A stretch of DNA of 64,000 nt from Dictyostelium discoideum (GCA_000004695.1 CM000154.2:4736001-4800000); one strand, 5' to 3'; positions 1 to 13,874 are shown, numbered from the stretch's first letter. Program-made: numbers and translations. The notes: generated by a model from the sequence alone, not told the origin.

Positions 1-1
1 G

Positions 2-178
2 GGAAGTTCAATTGGTACATCTAATATTGTTGAATTAACTGGTAACAATAATTCAATTTCATGTTTTGATGGTGGCTATGGTGGTTTTAATGGATTAAGT
101 GGTTGTGGTGGTTCAAACGCAAATATCATCAATATTGATATCGATATTGGCCGTCGTCGTCGTCATAGATGTTGTTAA
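2..178 (+). CDS. 3' terminal coding fragment of an upstream gene (…[34 protein letters not shown]). Gene body lies outside the window.
   Basis: Open frame 3 from the window edge to TAA at 176-178. Codon usage is Dicty-like and the sequence becomes AT-only spacer immediately after the stop. No start codon inside the window. Confidence 0.3.
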   Translation, partial: GSSIGTSNIVELTGNNNSISCFDGGYGGFNGLSGCGGSNANIINIDIDIGRRRRHRCC

Positions 179-357
179 TTTTTACTAAATTATTTTCTTT
201 AAAAATTTAAATAAATTAATTTTTACTAAATTATTTTCTTTTTAAAAAATACAATAAATAAAAAATTTAATTTATTTGAACCCTACAATAACTTATTTTT
301 TAATTAGACTATTTCAAAATTCCACTCAAATAAATATAATAGTAATATAATAATTAC

Positions 358-420
<63 letters not shown>

Positions 421-1239
421 CCAATCACTTTTTCCTAATAAATTATTATTTTTTTTTATTATTAAAACATTTATATTACTTGGATAATAAATCTAGGGAA
501 ATTTCAAAAAAAAAAAAAAAAAAAAAAAAAAAATGAAAAGAATGTTTCTGTTGGGTGAACAAAACAAAATAAATAAAAATTAATTAATTATAAAATATCA
601 AGATATAGTACATATTTTTATTTATTTATTTACTTATTTATTTATTTAATTTGTGATTAAATGATGGAGTGTTGGTGGTTCATTGTGGTTAAGTTTTTTT
701 TTTTTTTTTTTTTTTTTTTTTCTTAACTCTTGATGATATGTTTAAACCATGGTTTAGGAAATTATTTTTGGTTTTATTCTATTTTTTTTATTATTTTTGA
801 TCCAATTAATTAAACAAATAAAATTCCTTTGCCCTTGAGTGTTGGTGAGACAGAGTCAAATCCTTTTTGCTTGTTTACACCCCCTGTAAATTTATTATCT
901 CCAAATATAATTTGAGGAGAAGTTGAAGTTTTAACAGTGATAACTGATGAAGAGGATGACTTATTTTTAAAATTTAATTTGGTGATTGAATCTTTATTTT
1001 TTAAAAAAGAATTGTTAATAAAAAAAAAAAATTTTATTTTATTTGTAAATAAAATAATACTTACCTATAATCATTTTATTTTTTTGTTTATTTATATTTT
1101 TTTTGTTTGAATGTATTTATTGTTTGATAAAAAAAAAAAAAAAAAAAAAAAAAACATTTTATACGTTTTTTTTTTTTTTATTTTATTTTATTATTTTATT
1201 ATTATAATTAAGATCAACAATCAAGATACAACTGAATTT

Positions 1240-1270
<31 letters not shown>

Positions 1271-1516
1271 CACAACACCAATCCCACCACGAAAAAACTA
1301 AAAATTACAAAAAAAAAAAAAAGACATCCTCACAATTTTTTATTTCTTTTTTTTTTTAAACCTTTTGCCACCATCTGATTTTTTTTTTTTTTTGCCACTT
1401 GAAAAAGGAAATGTTTTTGTTACATAAAATAATAATAATAATAATAATGATAATAATAAATAAAAATAAAAAAACTAAAAAGATATTCTAATTATTATTA
1501 TTATTATTATTATTAT

Positions 1517-1562
<46 letters not shown>

Positions 1563-1793
1563 ATTGTAATCCAAAATTGGTTTAAAATAAAAAATAAAAT
1601 AAAATAAAAAAAAAATAAAAATAATTTTTTTTTTTTTTTTTTATTTTTTATTTTTTTTTTTTTTTTTTTTTGGAAAAAACGAAACGAATAATTTTTTTTT
1701 TTTTTTTTTTTTCTTTTTAATTTTTTTTCAGAATAATTTATTTATAAATATTTTATAAATAATTAATAAAAATATAATATAATATAAAACAAT

Positions 1794-2131
1794 ATGTCAA
1801 ATTTAACAGTTAATGTTATTGAAGAAAAGAATTTAGGAGATAATAAACCATGTGTATTAAAATTTTCACAAGGTTTACCACCACTTTCATTCATTGAGAA
1901 AGAACCAGAATTCATTAGTATGAGTACAAAGAATAAAAGACATAGAGTTGTTTTAACCAATACAGATCAATTAGAATATGAATCAGAGGATAAAGATTCA
2001 AAATATGCAAAATACGCAATTGGTATCTTTGATAAAAATACAAAACAATTAAAAATTGTACCAACTAAAATACAAACTATGAATCAATCTGTTATTGGTT
2101 ATACCTTAACTTTAGATTCTTCTTCTGTATG

Positions 2132-2225
<94 letters not shown>

Positions 2226-3261
2226 CTATTTATTTATATTTTTATATATACTAACAATATATTATTATTATAAATAGGTAATATCAAGAGAAGAACGTTA
2301 TGATAAAATTAAGAAATTGGCAGACAGTTTTGGTTCTAAGATTACAAAGAAGAAGATGCAAAAAATGGAGATGGAAAATGTAGAAAACTTAGATTACGAA
2401 AAAACAACTAAATCAATTGATGCTGTTAAAAATGAATTGGCTGATATTGAATCAAATGAGAGTAAGAATAATAATAATAATCACTCATCATCATAATACA
2501 ATTTGTTTATTAACTATTTTTTTATAATATTATAATTGAATTTAAATAGAACCATTTGATTTACCAGATTTTGATGCAGAAACAAATGATGTTAGAAAGA
2601 TATATAATATTGAAGCAATTTTGCCACCAAGAATATTCTTTGGTTTAAATCATCAACCATTTTTAGATATTATTAGCAAAACATCAGAAGCACCATCATA
2701 TTTACCAGAATACTTTAAAGATCAACTCAAAAGATTTGAAGATATTAAAGATGAAGAAAAAGTTGTTTATAATTGTAAACTTTTAACCTTTATGTGGTAT
2801 TCAATGATGTAAAGTATTAAAAATAATTATTATTTTTGAATATAGTGATGGTGATAGTGGTGGTAGTGGTGGTAGTATAAATTATTAATTTTTTTAATTT
2901 TTATTTTAGTTTAATGAAATCTAAAGGTGGTCATGAACCATTAATTAAAGAAGGTTGTACAAGTGAAGTTATTAATTTCTTAGTTTCAATATTTGGTAGT
3001 AAAATCAATCATAAGAAATATAATATTTCTCAAGATGATAAATTAAAGATTTACAATTATCTTGCAATCTTTGCATTAAAACTTGAAGATTTCCAAATCA
3101 CTGATATTAAATCATTGGCACAATCATTATCACTCACTTCAAGTTCTTTTGAAAAACATTTCACTCGTGTTGGTTGTAAAGTTGTTAGAATTGGTTCTGA
3201 AAAGAGATCTGTTAGACTTGAAGCACCTTTAAAATTACCAAAAGCAAGATTTAGCAATTAA
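1794..3261 (+). CDS. DNA-directed RNA polymerase I subunit A49 (RPA49/PAF53 family). Four exons: 1794-2126, 2278-2461, 2550-2808, 2910-3261.
   Basis: The N-terminal block [19 protein letters not shown]…[17 protein letters not shown] parallels yeast A49 EFVLHGENERLEYEG…YVVGLFNPEKKSIQLYKAP. The C-terminal block [15 protein letters not shown]…[10 protein letters not shown]…APLKLPKA parallels A49 ILAIIMHLDNFIVEIT…RVLGAIVKG…KVPFKLPE. Introns have GTATGT/GTAAGA/GTAAAG donors and AG acceptors and keep the frame. The first intron contains a long (ATT)n tract. Confidence 0.65.
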
Positions 3262-3344
3262 AAAAAAATAAAAAAAATTTTAAAAAATAAATAAAAAAAA
3301 TAAATAAAAAAAAAAAAAGATAAATAAAAAAAATAATGGTAGTA

Positions 3345-3415
<71 letters not shown>

Positions 3416-4702
3416 TAATAATAATAAACACCCTAAGATTTTATTTTATTTTATTTTAAGAAATACAGTTTATTTTTTTTTTTTTTTTTGAAAAAAAAAA
3501 AACATTCACAATCAGGGCGATGGGTGATCTGTGTGTGTTGTATTTTAAAATAATATATATTATGGCTTTATTCTTTATTTTTTTATTTATTTTTTTTTTT
3601 TGCTTTTATTTGGCTATGTACAAATTATAATTATAAAAATATATCATAATGTCGGAGTATTTGTTTTTTTTTTTTTTTTTTTTTCCATTTGTTTTTTGAT
3701 AGTTCTTTTTTTGCTTTTTTTAGTTAGTTCTTTTTTTTTTTATTTCCATTTGTTTTTTTTTTATTTCAATTTAATTTCACAATTAATAAAACCTAAAAAG
3801 CTTAATATTCTTGATGTTGCCATTTTACCTATTGTAAGTCCAACCACTAAATAAATTAAAAAATTATATATATATATTAATATATTTCTTTAAAATATAT
3901 AAAATATAGTTTTTTAGTTTGATAATTACAAAATAAAAGTTTTTTAATTTGCTTATACTCTTCAATTTGTTGTTGTGGTTGACTTTGGTGCATTTTAAAT
4001 GTTTAAGGATAAAATCATAAAAAAAATTAAAAATAAAAAAATGAAATTAAAAAAAAAAAAAACAAAACGAAAAATTTGAAAAAAATTTGAAAAAAATAAA
4101 AAAAAAGAGAAAATCATTCTTTTTTTTTTTTTTTTTTTTTTTTTTTCTTATAATTATTATTCATAAAAACATAGTTTTTTTTTTTTTTTTTTTTTTGTTT
4201 TTTTTTTTTTTTTTTAATATATATATATAAGTATATTGATAAAATAAATAAATAAATAAATTAATAAAAAAAAAAGAAAGAAAGAGTGTGATGGTTTTTC
4301 TTTAAAAAATTTTAAAAATAAAATCAAATCAAAAATTTTTTTTTTTTTTTTTACTTTTTTTTTTTTTTTTTCTAATATCAAAATGTATAACAAATGAAAT
4401 TAAGTAAAAAAAAAATCATTTTCCCACTTTTTTTTTTTTTTATTTTTTTTTATTTTTTTTGTTTTTTTTAATAAAAAAATATAAATTTAAATTTTTTCAA
4501 AATTTTTTTTTCCTTTTTTTTTTTATGAATTACATTCAAAAGGGGGAATATTTTCGAAAATATTATATCTCATAATAATTACAATAATCTCAACTTAAAA
4601 AAAAAAATAGTAAAATTACCTTTTTATAATTTAGTCAAAAAAAATAAAAAAAATAAAAAAAAAATAAAAAAAAAATAAAAATAAAGAAATAAAGAAATTA
4701 AA

Positions 4703-5678
4703 ATGTCAACAGAAAGAGGTTTAAAAGATAGTATAGCCGGCACAGTTGCTGGTGCAGCTTGTTTATTTACAGGGTATATTAAAAAAACATTTATATAAAA
4801 TTATAAATTAAAACTACACATCATATTTACTAATTTTTTTTATTTTTATTTTTTTTTTATTATTTTTTTTTTTTTTTTTTTTTTCTAATAGTCATCCATT
4901 TGATACAATTAGAGTTAGATTACAAACATCAAATACACCAATTGGTATTATGGAATGTTTTAGAAATACAATAAAATATGAAGGATTTAGCGGATTATAT
5001 AAAGGTGTGACATCACCATTGTTTGGTATGATGTTTGAAACTGCAGTATTGTTTGCAGGATATGGTCAAATGAAAGTATTATTACAAAAGGATGAAAATA
5101 CACCACTAACAGTGGGACAATGTGCAATAGCAGGTGGGTTTGCAGGTGTTGGAGCATCAGTGGTGTTAACACCTGTAGAATTGGTTAAATGTAGATTACA
5201 AGTCCAAACAACCGGTCCACAAAAATATAAAGGATCGTTAGATTGTTTAGTACAAATTTTAAAAGAGGGTGGTATCAGAGGTGCCTATCGTGGTTTCACT
5301 CCAACCATTGCAAGAGAGTTTGTAGGAAATATGGCATTCTTTAGTACTTATGAAACTTGTAAACGTTATTTCAAAAATAAAGAAAACAAACCAAATGACG
5401 ATGACGAATTGAATTTACCAGCATTAATCATATCTGGTGGTTTGGGTGGTATGGCATATTGGACCGTTTTATATCCTGTTGATGTGGCAAAATCGAAAAT
5501 TCAAATTAGTGAAGGTGCTGGTCCTTCACCTTCAATCGTAAAAGTACTAAAAGAAATTTACTCAAAAGAAGGTGTAAAAGGTTTATTCAGAGGTTATACT
5601 CCAACTATCATTAGATCTTTCCCTGCAAATGCTGCTATGTTTAGTGTTTATGAACTTGTAATAAAATTATTAGGTTAA
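4703..5678 (+). CDS. Mitochondrial substrate carrier family protein, carnitine/ornithine-carrier-like. Two exons: 4703-4773 and 4892-5678.
   Basis: Three tandem carrier repeats, each with the P-x-D/E-x-x-K/R signature: PFDTIRVRLQ, PVELVKCRLQ, PVDVAKSKIQ. Six hydrophobic segments. Exon 1 encodes MSTERGLKDSIAGTVAGAACLFTG and is spliced (GTATAT…AG) in phase to HPFDTIRV. Confidence 0.75.
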
Positions 5679-5684
5679 TAATTA

Positions 5685-5820
<136 letters not shown>

Positions 5821-6301
5821 TTTAATTGATTATTTATTTATTTATTTTTTATAATTTTTCTATTCAATTTCAAATTTTTTTTATTTTAATTTAATTTCTT
5901 CCAAAACCAAATAATGATTTTCAGAAATGAAATGGGTGGGAATAATATCTGGTTTGATTTTTTTTTTTTTTTTTTTTTTTTTTNNACTTAATTTTTCAGT
6001 TTTTTTTGTTTTAGCCGAAAAACACACACTTTTGGGATTGATTATTACCCTCATATTTTCAGAAAAAAATAAAAAAATTTAAAAAAAAATAAAAAACCAA
6101 AAAAAAAAAAAAAAGATTTTTTTTTTAACACCAACACAAAAAAAAGTTACTTCGAAATCTACTTTTTTTTTGATTTTTTTTTTTTTATTATAAACACATC
6201 ATCTTTTTTTTTTTTTATAATCTCTTTAATTTTTTTTTTTTTTATAGTCTCTTAAATTAATTAAACTGCTATGTGTAATATAATAAATAAATAAAAATAA
6301 A

Positions 6302-7054
6302 ATGTATAATGAATTAATTAGCAGTAGTAATAATACAATTAATAATAGCAGTTTAAGTGATAGTAGTAGTGATGGTGGTGGTGACGAAAAAAGAACACCA
6401 ATATTTATAGGAATTTCAATTATTTCATTAGTAATTTATGCAGTATTATCTTCCATTTGTATTTATTCATTTTTTAAATCAATTTATAAAAAAGAGTCTG
6501 CTACTCTTTCAAAGGTAAAAATTATTATTACTATTATTAAAATTTTATATATTTATTAGAAAATAAATAATACTAAATTTATTTATTTAATTAATTAATT
6601 TTTTTATTAATTAATTTAATTTTTTTTAATTTTTTTTTTATTATTTTATTAAGATTTTCCATGTATTTTGTTTTTTATATACAACAACTAGAATAATTTG
6701 GTATTTAAAAAGAGTTGTAGATGGTGAAAGTGCTATAACATTTTTTTTTAATAATATATCATTCCCATTTTATATGTCTGCTTTATTAGTAGTTTTCTTT
6801 TTCTGGTGGGAAAGATATCATAGCACCTATGTCAGTAGTTCAGAATTTTTACCAAAATATAAAATGTATTTTATTTTATTTAATATTATGATTTATATAA
6901 TTCAATATCTTTTAATTTTATTTTTTTATACAATTGCAAATCAAAAGAGAGAAGGTGGTGTAACATATTTATTTAATACATTGTTTCAATGTAAGTTTTA
7001 AATTTATTTTATATTTTTTTTTTTTAAAAAAAAAAAAAAAATTAATTTATTAAC

Positions 7055-7090
<36 letters not shown>

Positions 7091-7720
7091 AAATATATAG
7101 CATGCTTATCATTGTTAGTTGGATTATCATTTTTATTTATAGTTTTAAGAATTTATTTTAAATTTACATCAATTGATAAAGATGTTTGTAGGAATCAAAT
7201 TAATCAAGTTAGAAAGATTTGTTTTTTAACAGTTGGAATATCATGTTGTTTTATAGTTAGATCAATAATTTTCTTTTATAATCCAATAACTCATGAATAT
7301 ATGAACTATGAAGTTTTTATTACATTTGGTTACTTTTTACCAGACATAATTCCAATCATTTTAAATTATATAATCATTTATAATAATATGAAAACTGAAC
7401 AAGAGGATAGTTCATTCATTAATATGTTATATGAAAATGAAATTGAAGATGATGAAACTAATGAAGGTATAATTAAAAATAATAATAATAATAATAGTAA
7501 TTATGTGAATAGTGTTCATGGTAATGATGATTTATTAACGAGTTATTCTAGTACGATTTCAAATACTACAAATACTGTTGTTGGATATTATAATTCTACA
7601 ACTCATACATTTGGTGGTGATGGTGCTATATTATCAACTTCAACTTCAATACTTCAACAACCTCAACAACAGCAACAACAAAGAAATCAACCAGACGAAG
7701 CATCATATTTATTAAAATAA
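6302..7720 (+). CDS. Predicted multipass membrane protein with an N/S-rich N-terminus and a polyQ C-terminal tail. Three exons: 6302-6514, 6654-6990, 7101-7720.
   Basis: ATG at 6302. Donor GTAAAA at 6515, acceptor AG at 6652-53. Donor GTAAGT at 6991, acceptor atatAG at 7099-7100. Frame maintained across introns (phases 0 and 1). At least 6-7 hydrophobic helices (ISIISLVIYAVLSSICIY, FPFYMSALLVVFFFWW, MYFILFNIMIYIIQYLLILFF, CLSLLVGLSFLFIVL, FLTVGISCCFIVRSIIFF, FITFGYFLPDIIPIILNYIIIY). Family not assigned. Confidence 0.5.
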
Positions 7721-9026
7721 TAAATAATTTTTTAATATTAAAAAAAGAGAAAAAAAAAAAAAAAAGTAATAATTATTTTTATAAAAATATATTTTTTATT
7801 TATCAATTTCTTAAAGAGTTTAAAACCTGATTTCTATGGCAGTAGTGAACTAGTTTGTAAAAATTTTGATATTTTTTGTGTCTTTTATGGTGAGTTGAAT
7901 ACGCACTGGATAAGGTTTCTCTAAATAAAAGTTTGGAACTTTATGTTGAATGCAAATACTAGGATAGTTTTAAAAGTATTTGCTTTTTTATATAAAACAT
8001 ATGGTTGGGAAGTAGCAGATGTTTACCATTCTCACCAATTACAGAGGTTGTAGTAATTGGAATGGCATTATCCAATGAATTTGGTGGATGTGGTGTTTGA
8101 GTCTCCATTGTGATAAAAGTTTTTTTGTTTATTATTTTTTTTTTTTATATCAAGAAAAAGGTTTGCAAAGGTGCATCCATTTCACCATTACCAATTCAAG
8201 TAACACCAAGTATTAATCCTTTTGAATTGATAATGGTAATCTCATTGATTGTGAACTGGTTGGCGATGGTGGTGGCGATTTACTACTATACATTCGTTTC
8301 AACCACCACCGATGTTGAGGAGAATGATCGTTAAAGAGTTATCAAATTTAATAAAGAGAATTTATTATCATCACATCATCGGTGGTGGTTGAAATGAATT
8401 CAGAGTTGAAATCATATAAAGAGGGGTACCATTGTAAAGATATTACTATGGTATTTGAAATTCATGAAGCCGCTGGTTTAATAGGAAAAGAATTTTGTTT
8501 GACTGGCTGGACTTGAAAATATGAAATAAAAATGCTAAAAATGTATCATTGGAAAGAGATATTAAAAATGTATTTGAAATTCATGAAAGCGCTGGTATGA
8601 TTGGTAAAGAATGTTGTTCCACTTGCAACAATGAACCAGAGTACCAGCAAACACATCGGCATTGATTGATATCATAGAGTTAATTAAAAAAAACTATAAA
8701 ATAAAATTTTAAAAGTAATCCAAAATAATTATAATGATATTTAAAAAAAAAAAAAAAATAGATAATGTATCTACTACTAAAAAATTTATCCATACTTTTT
8801 TCTTCTTTATCTATTATCTACTCTTTTTTAAAATCATTTGGAAATCTAAAGATTTAAACTGATTTCTTCTATTTTTTCAAATTTTTAATATTGATGTTGA
8901 TAAGAATAAAATAAAAAAGTGAAGTTACAATTTTAGAAAGAAAAAAAAAAAAGAAAATAATTTTTAATATTAATTCTTTTTTAATTTTTTTTCTATTTTT
9001 TATTATTATTATTATTATTTTAAATT

Positions 9027-12000
9027 TTATTCATCAGAACTATCATCATCATCATCATTTTCGTCATCAAATTCTTCTTGGATTGTTGCTTTATTATTAT
9101 TTTTATTATTATTATTATTATTATTATTTTGTAATTGCGGACGACCAGATCTTTTTTCCATAGTTTTTTTAAGTATTTCATTCCATTGTTTTTGAGACAT
9201 AAACCAAGGACCTGTGAAAACACAAAGAACGGTTGTTTCAGGTGAATAATGTAGATTATGAAGTAATTTTGGAGTGATTAAAAAGTATTGAGGAGAACCT
9301 TCACTACTAACGGATTTAACGATTTGTTCGAAAATCATTCTTTCATTCTTTGGATCCATACCTTGATTGATTTCATCTACCACTCTAAAAGGACAAGTTG
9401 TTAAATCCTGTAGAGAGATTAGATACAACATGGTACTAACTGATCTTTCACCACCAGATTGTAATTGAGCATTCAAAGTTTTCAAAGAATCTTCATTACG
9501 GAATTTAACACGAATATCCACAAAATATTTTGAATAATCATCGGGATGTTGTTCATCGAAACCTAGATGAACTTCACCCAAACAATTGATCGCCTTGAAA
9601 TATTGTGAGAAACTTGTATTGACTTGAGAGATAAACTCTTTTACAGGTACCAACCAATCCTCTCTTAATCTGCCCATTCGTTTATCGTTATCTTGTAACT
9701 CTCTTTGACGAAAGGATATTCTGTCCTCAATCACTTGAATTTCTCTCTTTCTCCCTTCATATTCTTCCAAAACTTTTGGATTATTTGAAATGATGAAATT
9801 TGCTTTAGTTTCAGTGGCTGAGATTTCTCTATCGATCTCCTCGAGAGAATGGAAACTGATTGATTTAAACTCCTCTTGAACCTCGAGTGTTAAAGGGCCA
9901 ACGATTTTCTCTGCTTCGCTTTTCAATCTTTTAGCCTCTTTAACACAGTCATCGAAATATTTGACCAATTCCGCTAGTCTCGTTTTATCAGCTTCAAGCT
10001 TTGCACTCTCACGTGCCAAGCTGTCCTCCTCAGAACGTAATTTAGCTTCGAGTCTACTGAGGGTGATTAAAGTATGATCACGGGAACCCATATGTTTGAA
10101 ATAATCTCTTAATTTATCAGTGATCTCTGATAGAGTATCAGCTCTCTTTGCATAGACCTCCCTTAGTTTTTGCCTGATTTTCTTTTCTTCCTCTTCAATG
10201 TTCTCCTCGGTATTTAATTCCTCTAATTTTCTAGCTAAAAATTGAATTCTACTATAACATTTACGACGATCATCAATGGTTGCATTACATTTATTCCTCT
10301 CCTCTGTGATGTTACGTTGAGTTGCAGTGATTTGATTTTGTTTTTGTCTAATTTCCTCAGCTGATAGCCTCTCTTGATCAAGACGTACCTTTGCTTGTCG
10401 AAATTTCTCTTGAAGTTCATCTTTCTTACCAGTGTTTATACCAGACAACCATTTTGCAACCTTGAAATTGGATACACGTGTGGTTGGTTTTCTATCACCA
10501 TATCTTGAATAAGTGGTATAGTAGGAACCATTTGGAGTGAAGAAAGAATTGATATGTTTGGTAATAGTATCTTCATTATTCAATGCACGTCTATCGAATA
10601 CAATACTCTTGAAAATTGGAATACTATCCATGATTGCATTTTTTACAACTTGATCAGCTTCAAATGTTTCATCTAAATAATGCGTGGCACCAATGGATCT
10701 GAAATCTTCAATATTATTAACACGCTCCATTTTGAAGCCTCCCCTACTGACCAAAGTGTTTACTCTTAACTTTTTACCATTATCAATGATATTGCTGTGA
10801 AAAGTTTCACGATCCTCCATAGATTGGAAAACAAATGTCATCATTAGATTAAAACTTAATGTCATCTCTAAGAATGCGGCATGTTCAGGATTCTGTACAT
10901 TAATCTCCATACAAATCGGACCAAACACTTTCTGTTTGAATAGATTTTGATTTTGTCTTAACCATTCGTATGCTGAATAAACGTCTCTTTGATCATTACG
11001 TAGGAATTCTAACTTTTGAGCTTGAATATTGTTTAATTGTGACATCTCCCTTTGAATTGAGGTACACTCTTGATTGATCATATTGAACTGTCTATTCTTT
11101 GCCTCCTTTTCAATCTCCAATTCACCCAATTGTTGATTACAATCTTTCAATTCCCTATTCAACTTTTCCACATTTCTCTTGGTATCTTCATCATTTGGTA
11201 ATCTTTGCATCTTTGTAGTCTCATCTTGAATATCTTTGGTCACTCTTGCAATTTGAACTTTTCTCTCTTTATCACGTTGTTGTATTCCATCTATTTCCGC
11301 TAAAAAATTCTCAACTACAATTACCAACTTACCATCTGTTAATGATAATCTTGATACTTCACTTTCAGTTTGTTGTACTTTTGTTGAATTATCATGAACT
11401 TCTTTTCTACTTTTTTCAATTGATTTAGTTTGTTCACTTTTTTTTTTCACAATAAATAATAAATAATAAATTAATAATAAAAATAATTAAAAATAATTAA
11501 AAAAAATAAAAAATAATTTTAAAAAAAAAACATACCTAATAATTGATTTAAAAGGTTTTAATTGTGATTCACCATGTTGAACAGTTTTTTCTGCTAGTTC
11601 TTTATCATCTCTTGCTTTTATGAATGCAACCCTTGCATTTTCAAAGATTGCCCATGTTCTTTTTCTTTTTAATTTGTCAACAAATTCTAATAACTTTTGT
11701 CTTTCTCTAAATTTATCTACATCTTTTTCTAATGATTGATTCTTTTTAACCAAATCATCTAAATTCTTTTTTAATTCTTCAAATGTCTATTTTTTTAATA
11801 ATAAAATATAAAATATATTAGTATAGAGAGTGGTGGGTGGGTGGGTGTGTGTGTGTATATAAAATTCATACAGTTGATTCTTTTTGATGATTTGATTGTA
11901 ATCTAATTAATTCTTGATGATTTTCATACATATTATTAATATTGATTGCTTTTTCAGTTTCAATTAATAATTCAGTTGGTGACATTGAAGCGAAACTAAC

Positions 12001-12606
12001 AACTTTATCTTGTGGAAGGAATTGACAAAGATTATCAACTTGTACATTGAGTTTCTTGATGGTTGTTATAAGGTCATTCTTTGAGATTGACTTTCCATTG
12101 ATATGAAATTCACTACCGTTACCCTCCTTCTTTAGGTCTCTTCTAATGATATAATTATCACCACTCTCATTGTGTAACTCGATTTCAATGTAACCTTGAC
12201 TACATCGATTCTTTATGAAATCGCCCAACTGTTTTTGTCTACCCAATAGGTTAGGTCCGCCACCTAGTCCAAGTGCAATCGCACAAACTATCGAACTCTT
12301 ACCTGACCCATTCGGACCAATGATTACGTTTAGTCTAGGTCCTGGCCTAAATTCAACGTCTGAATATGTTACAAAATTATTTAATTTAATTCTTACTATA
12401 CTTCCATTCACAAATTCCATTCTCCTATTACCACCATTACCATTACCATTACTATTACTACTACTATTTTTATTATTTGGTGTAGGTGTTGGTGCCGTTA
12501 TATTTTGTGTTGGTTGATTTTCTCTTCTCCTTTTAAATTGTCTTTGTTCTTCATCTTCACTATCACTTTCTTCAACAACTACTCTTTTAGGTATTCTATT
12601 ATTCAT
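9027..12606 (-). CDS. smc5: Structural maintenance of chromosomes protein 5 (SMC5). Three exons: 12606-11872, 11786-11526, 11436-9027. About 1135 aa.
   Basis: Walker A FRPGPRLNVIIGPNGSGKSSIV in exon 1. Long coiled-coil arms. ABC signature LQSGGERSVSTMLYL and Walker B FRVVDEINQGMD in exon 3. Donors GTATGA (11871) and GTATGT (11525); acceptors atAG (11787) and aaAG (11437). Reading frame verified across both junctions. Confidence 0.85.
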
Positions 12607-12642
12607 TTTATTTATTTATTTTATTTATCTATTTATTTATTT

Positions 12643-12691
<49 letters not shown>

Positions 12692-12692
12692 T
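12607..12692. repeat. (TTTA)n microsatellite in the smc5 5' flank
   Basis: Direct reading: tandem TTTA/TTTATTTA units. Confidence 0.85.
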
Positions 12693-12756
12693 TACCTATA
12701 TTATTTATATTATTATTTAATTTTATTATTATTTTGTTTTATTTTTTTTTACTTTC

Positions 12757-12789
<33 letters not shown>

Positions 12790-13874
12790 GTATTGTTTTT
12801 ATTTCCTATTTCAATTTATATAAATAGGTTACTACAATTATTTATGTACTTTATACATTATTTATTGTAATGAAAATTAAAATAATAAATAAATAAATTG
12901 AAAAATTTTGAAAAAAATAAAAATAAAATTAAAAAAAACGTGTAAAATTTGGCGCAAAAAAATTTCATTAAAAAAAAAAAATAAAAAATAATTTCCTTAA
13001 AAAAATAAAATAATTATCAACTAAAATAGAAAAGGTTTTTTTTTTAAAAATTTTTTTGTTTCAGGTAGGGCAAAAATATTATTAATCATTTTATTGTGTT
13101 TTTTTTATATTTCTATTTTTTTTAAATGTATTTCAGAAATCAAGAAACTTTTGGATGGATCGAGAAAAGGATCTATAATAAATCAAAAAAAAAGAAAGAA
13201 AAACTGTTTTAGTATTAGTAATTTGGATTTATAAGGTACTAATACATATATTTTTTTTTAAAAAAAAAAAAAAAAACAAATAAATATTAACATAATAGTA
13301 AAAATAATAAAATTTTAAAGGTTTGTGTGATTCCGGCATTCAGTTATTTTGTTTACTTTTTTTAAAAAAAAAACGAAAATAAAAGGACGTAGTAATTACA
13401 AAACATCAAGCCATCACTTTGTTCTAGCATCTCTCCAACGATGTCTCTTCACCTATTGAATCAATATCGAGAATCTTTATAAAGATGCAGATTACTTTTT
13501 TTAAAAAAAAGTAATACTAAAAAAAAAACAAATAAAATAAAAAAAATAGAAAAATAATAAAAAAAACGTGATAATAGATTTTCACTTACGATTAACTTTG
13601 GTGGCTTATAAAAAAAAAAAAAAATGAAAATGAAAATTTTTTTTTTTTTAAAAGCGAAAAAAAAAAAAAAAAAATTTTGAAAAAAAAAAAAATAAAAAAA
13701 AAAAAAAAGTAAAAAATAATTTTTCAAAGACAAGACGAATTACGGAACGTTCCGAAGTTCGATTTTTTTTTTTTTGGAAATTTTTTTCTTTTTTTTTAAA
13801 AAATTCTTTATTAATATATATGTGGGGTGTTGGGTGTTATGTATGATTTATTTTGATGATGATGATGATGTATT

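Noticed and set aside
840-1010. Mixed-composition stretch with a possible short minus-strand reading frame (…KISHPLHQLSLLKLQLLLKLYLEIINLQGV*)
   Set aside because: It is only ~30 codons with no start, splice context or recognisable motif. I cannot distinguish a terminal exon from chance.
1111-1359. ORF-track entries made of poly-K/poly-F (1111-1359, 3600-3854, 13461-13733, 19087-19365, 19381-19623, 20372-20575)
   Set aside because: They are translations of A/T homopolymer spacers. They have no codon structure or coding composition, and several are flanked by the same homopolymers on both strands.
12215-12517. Plus-strand ORFs overlapping smc5 (12215-12517, 11246-11428, 10235-10420)
   Set aside because: They are embedded antisense or alternative frames within a gene whose sense frame has Walker A/B and ABC-signature motifs.
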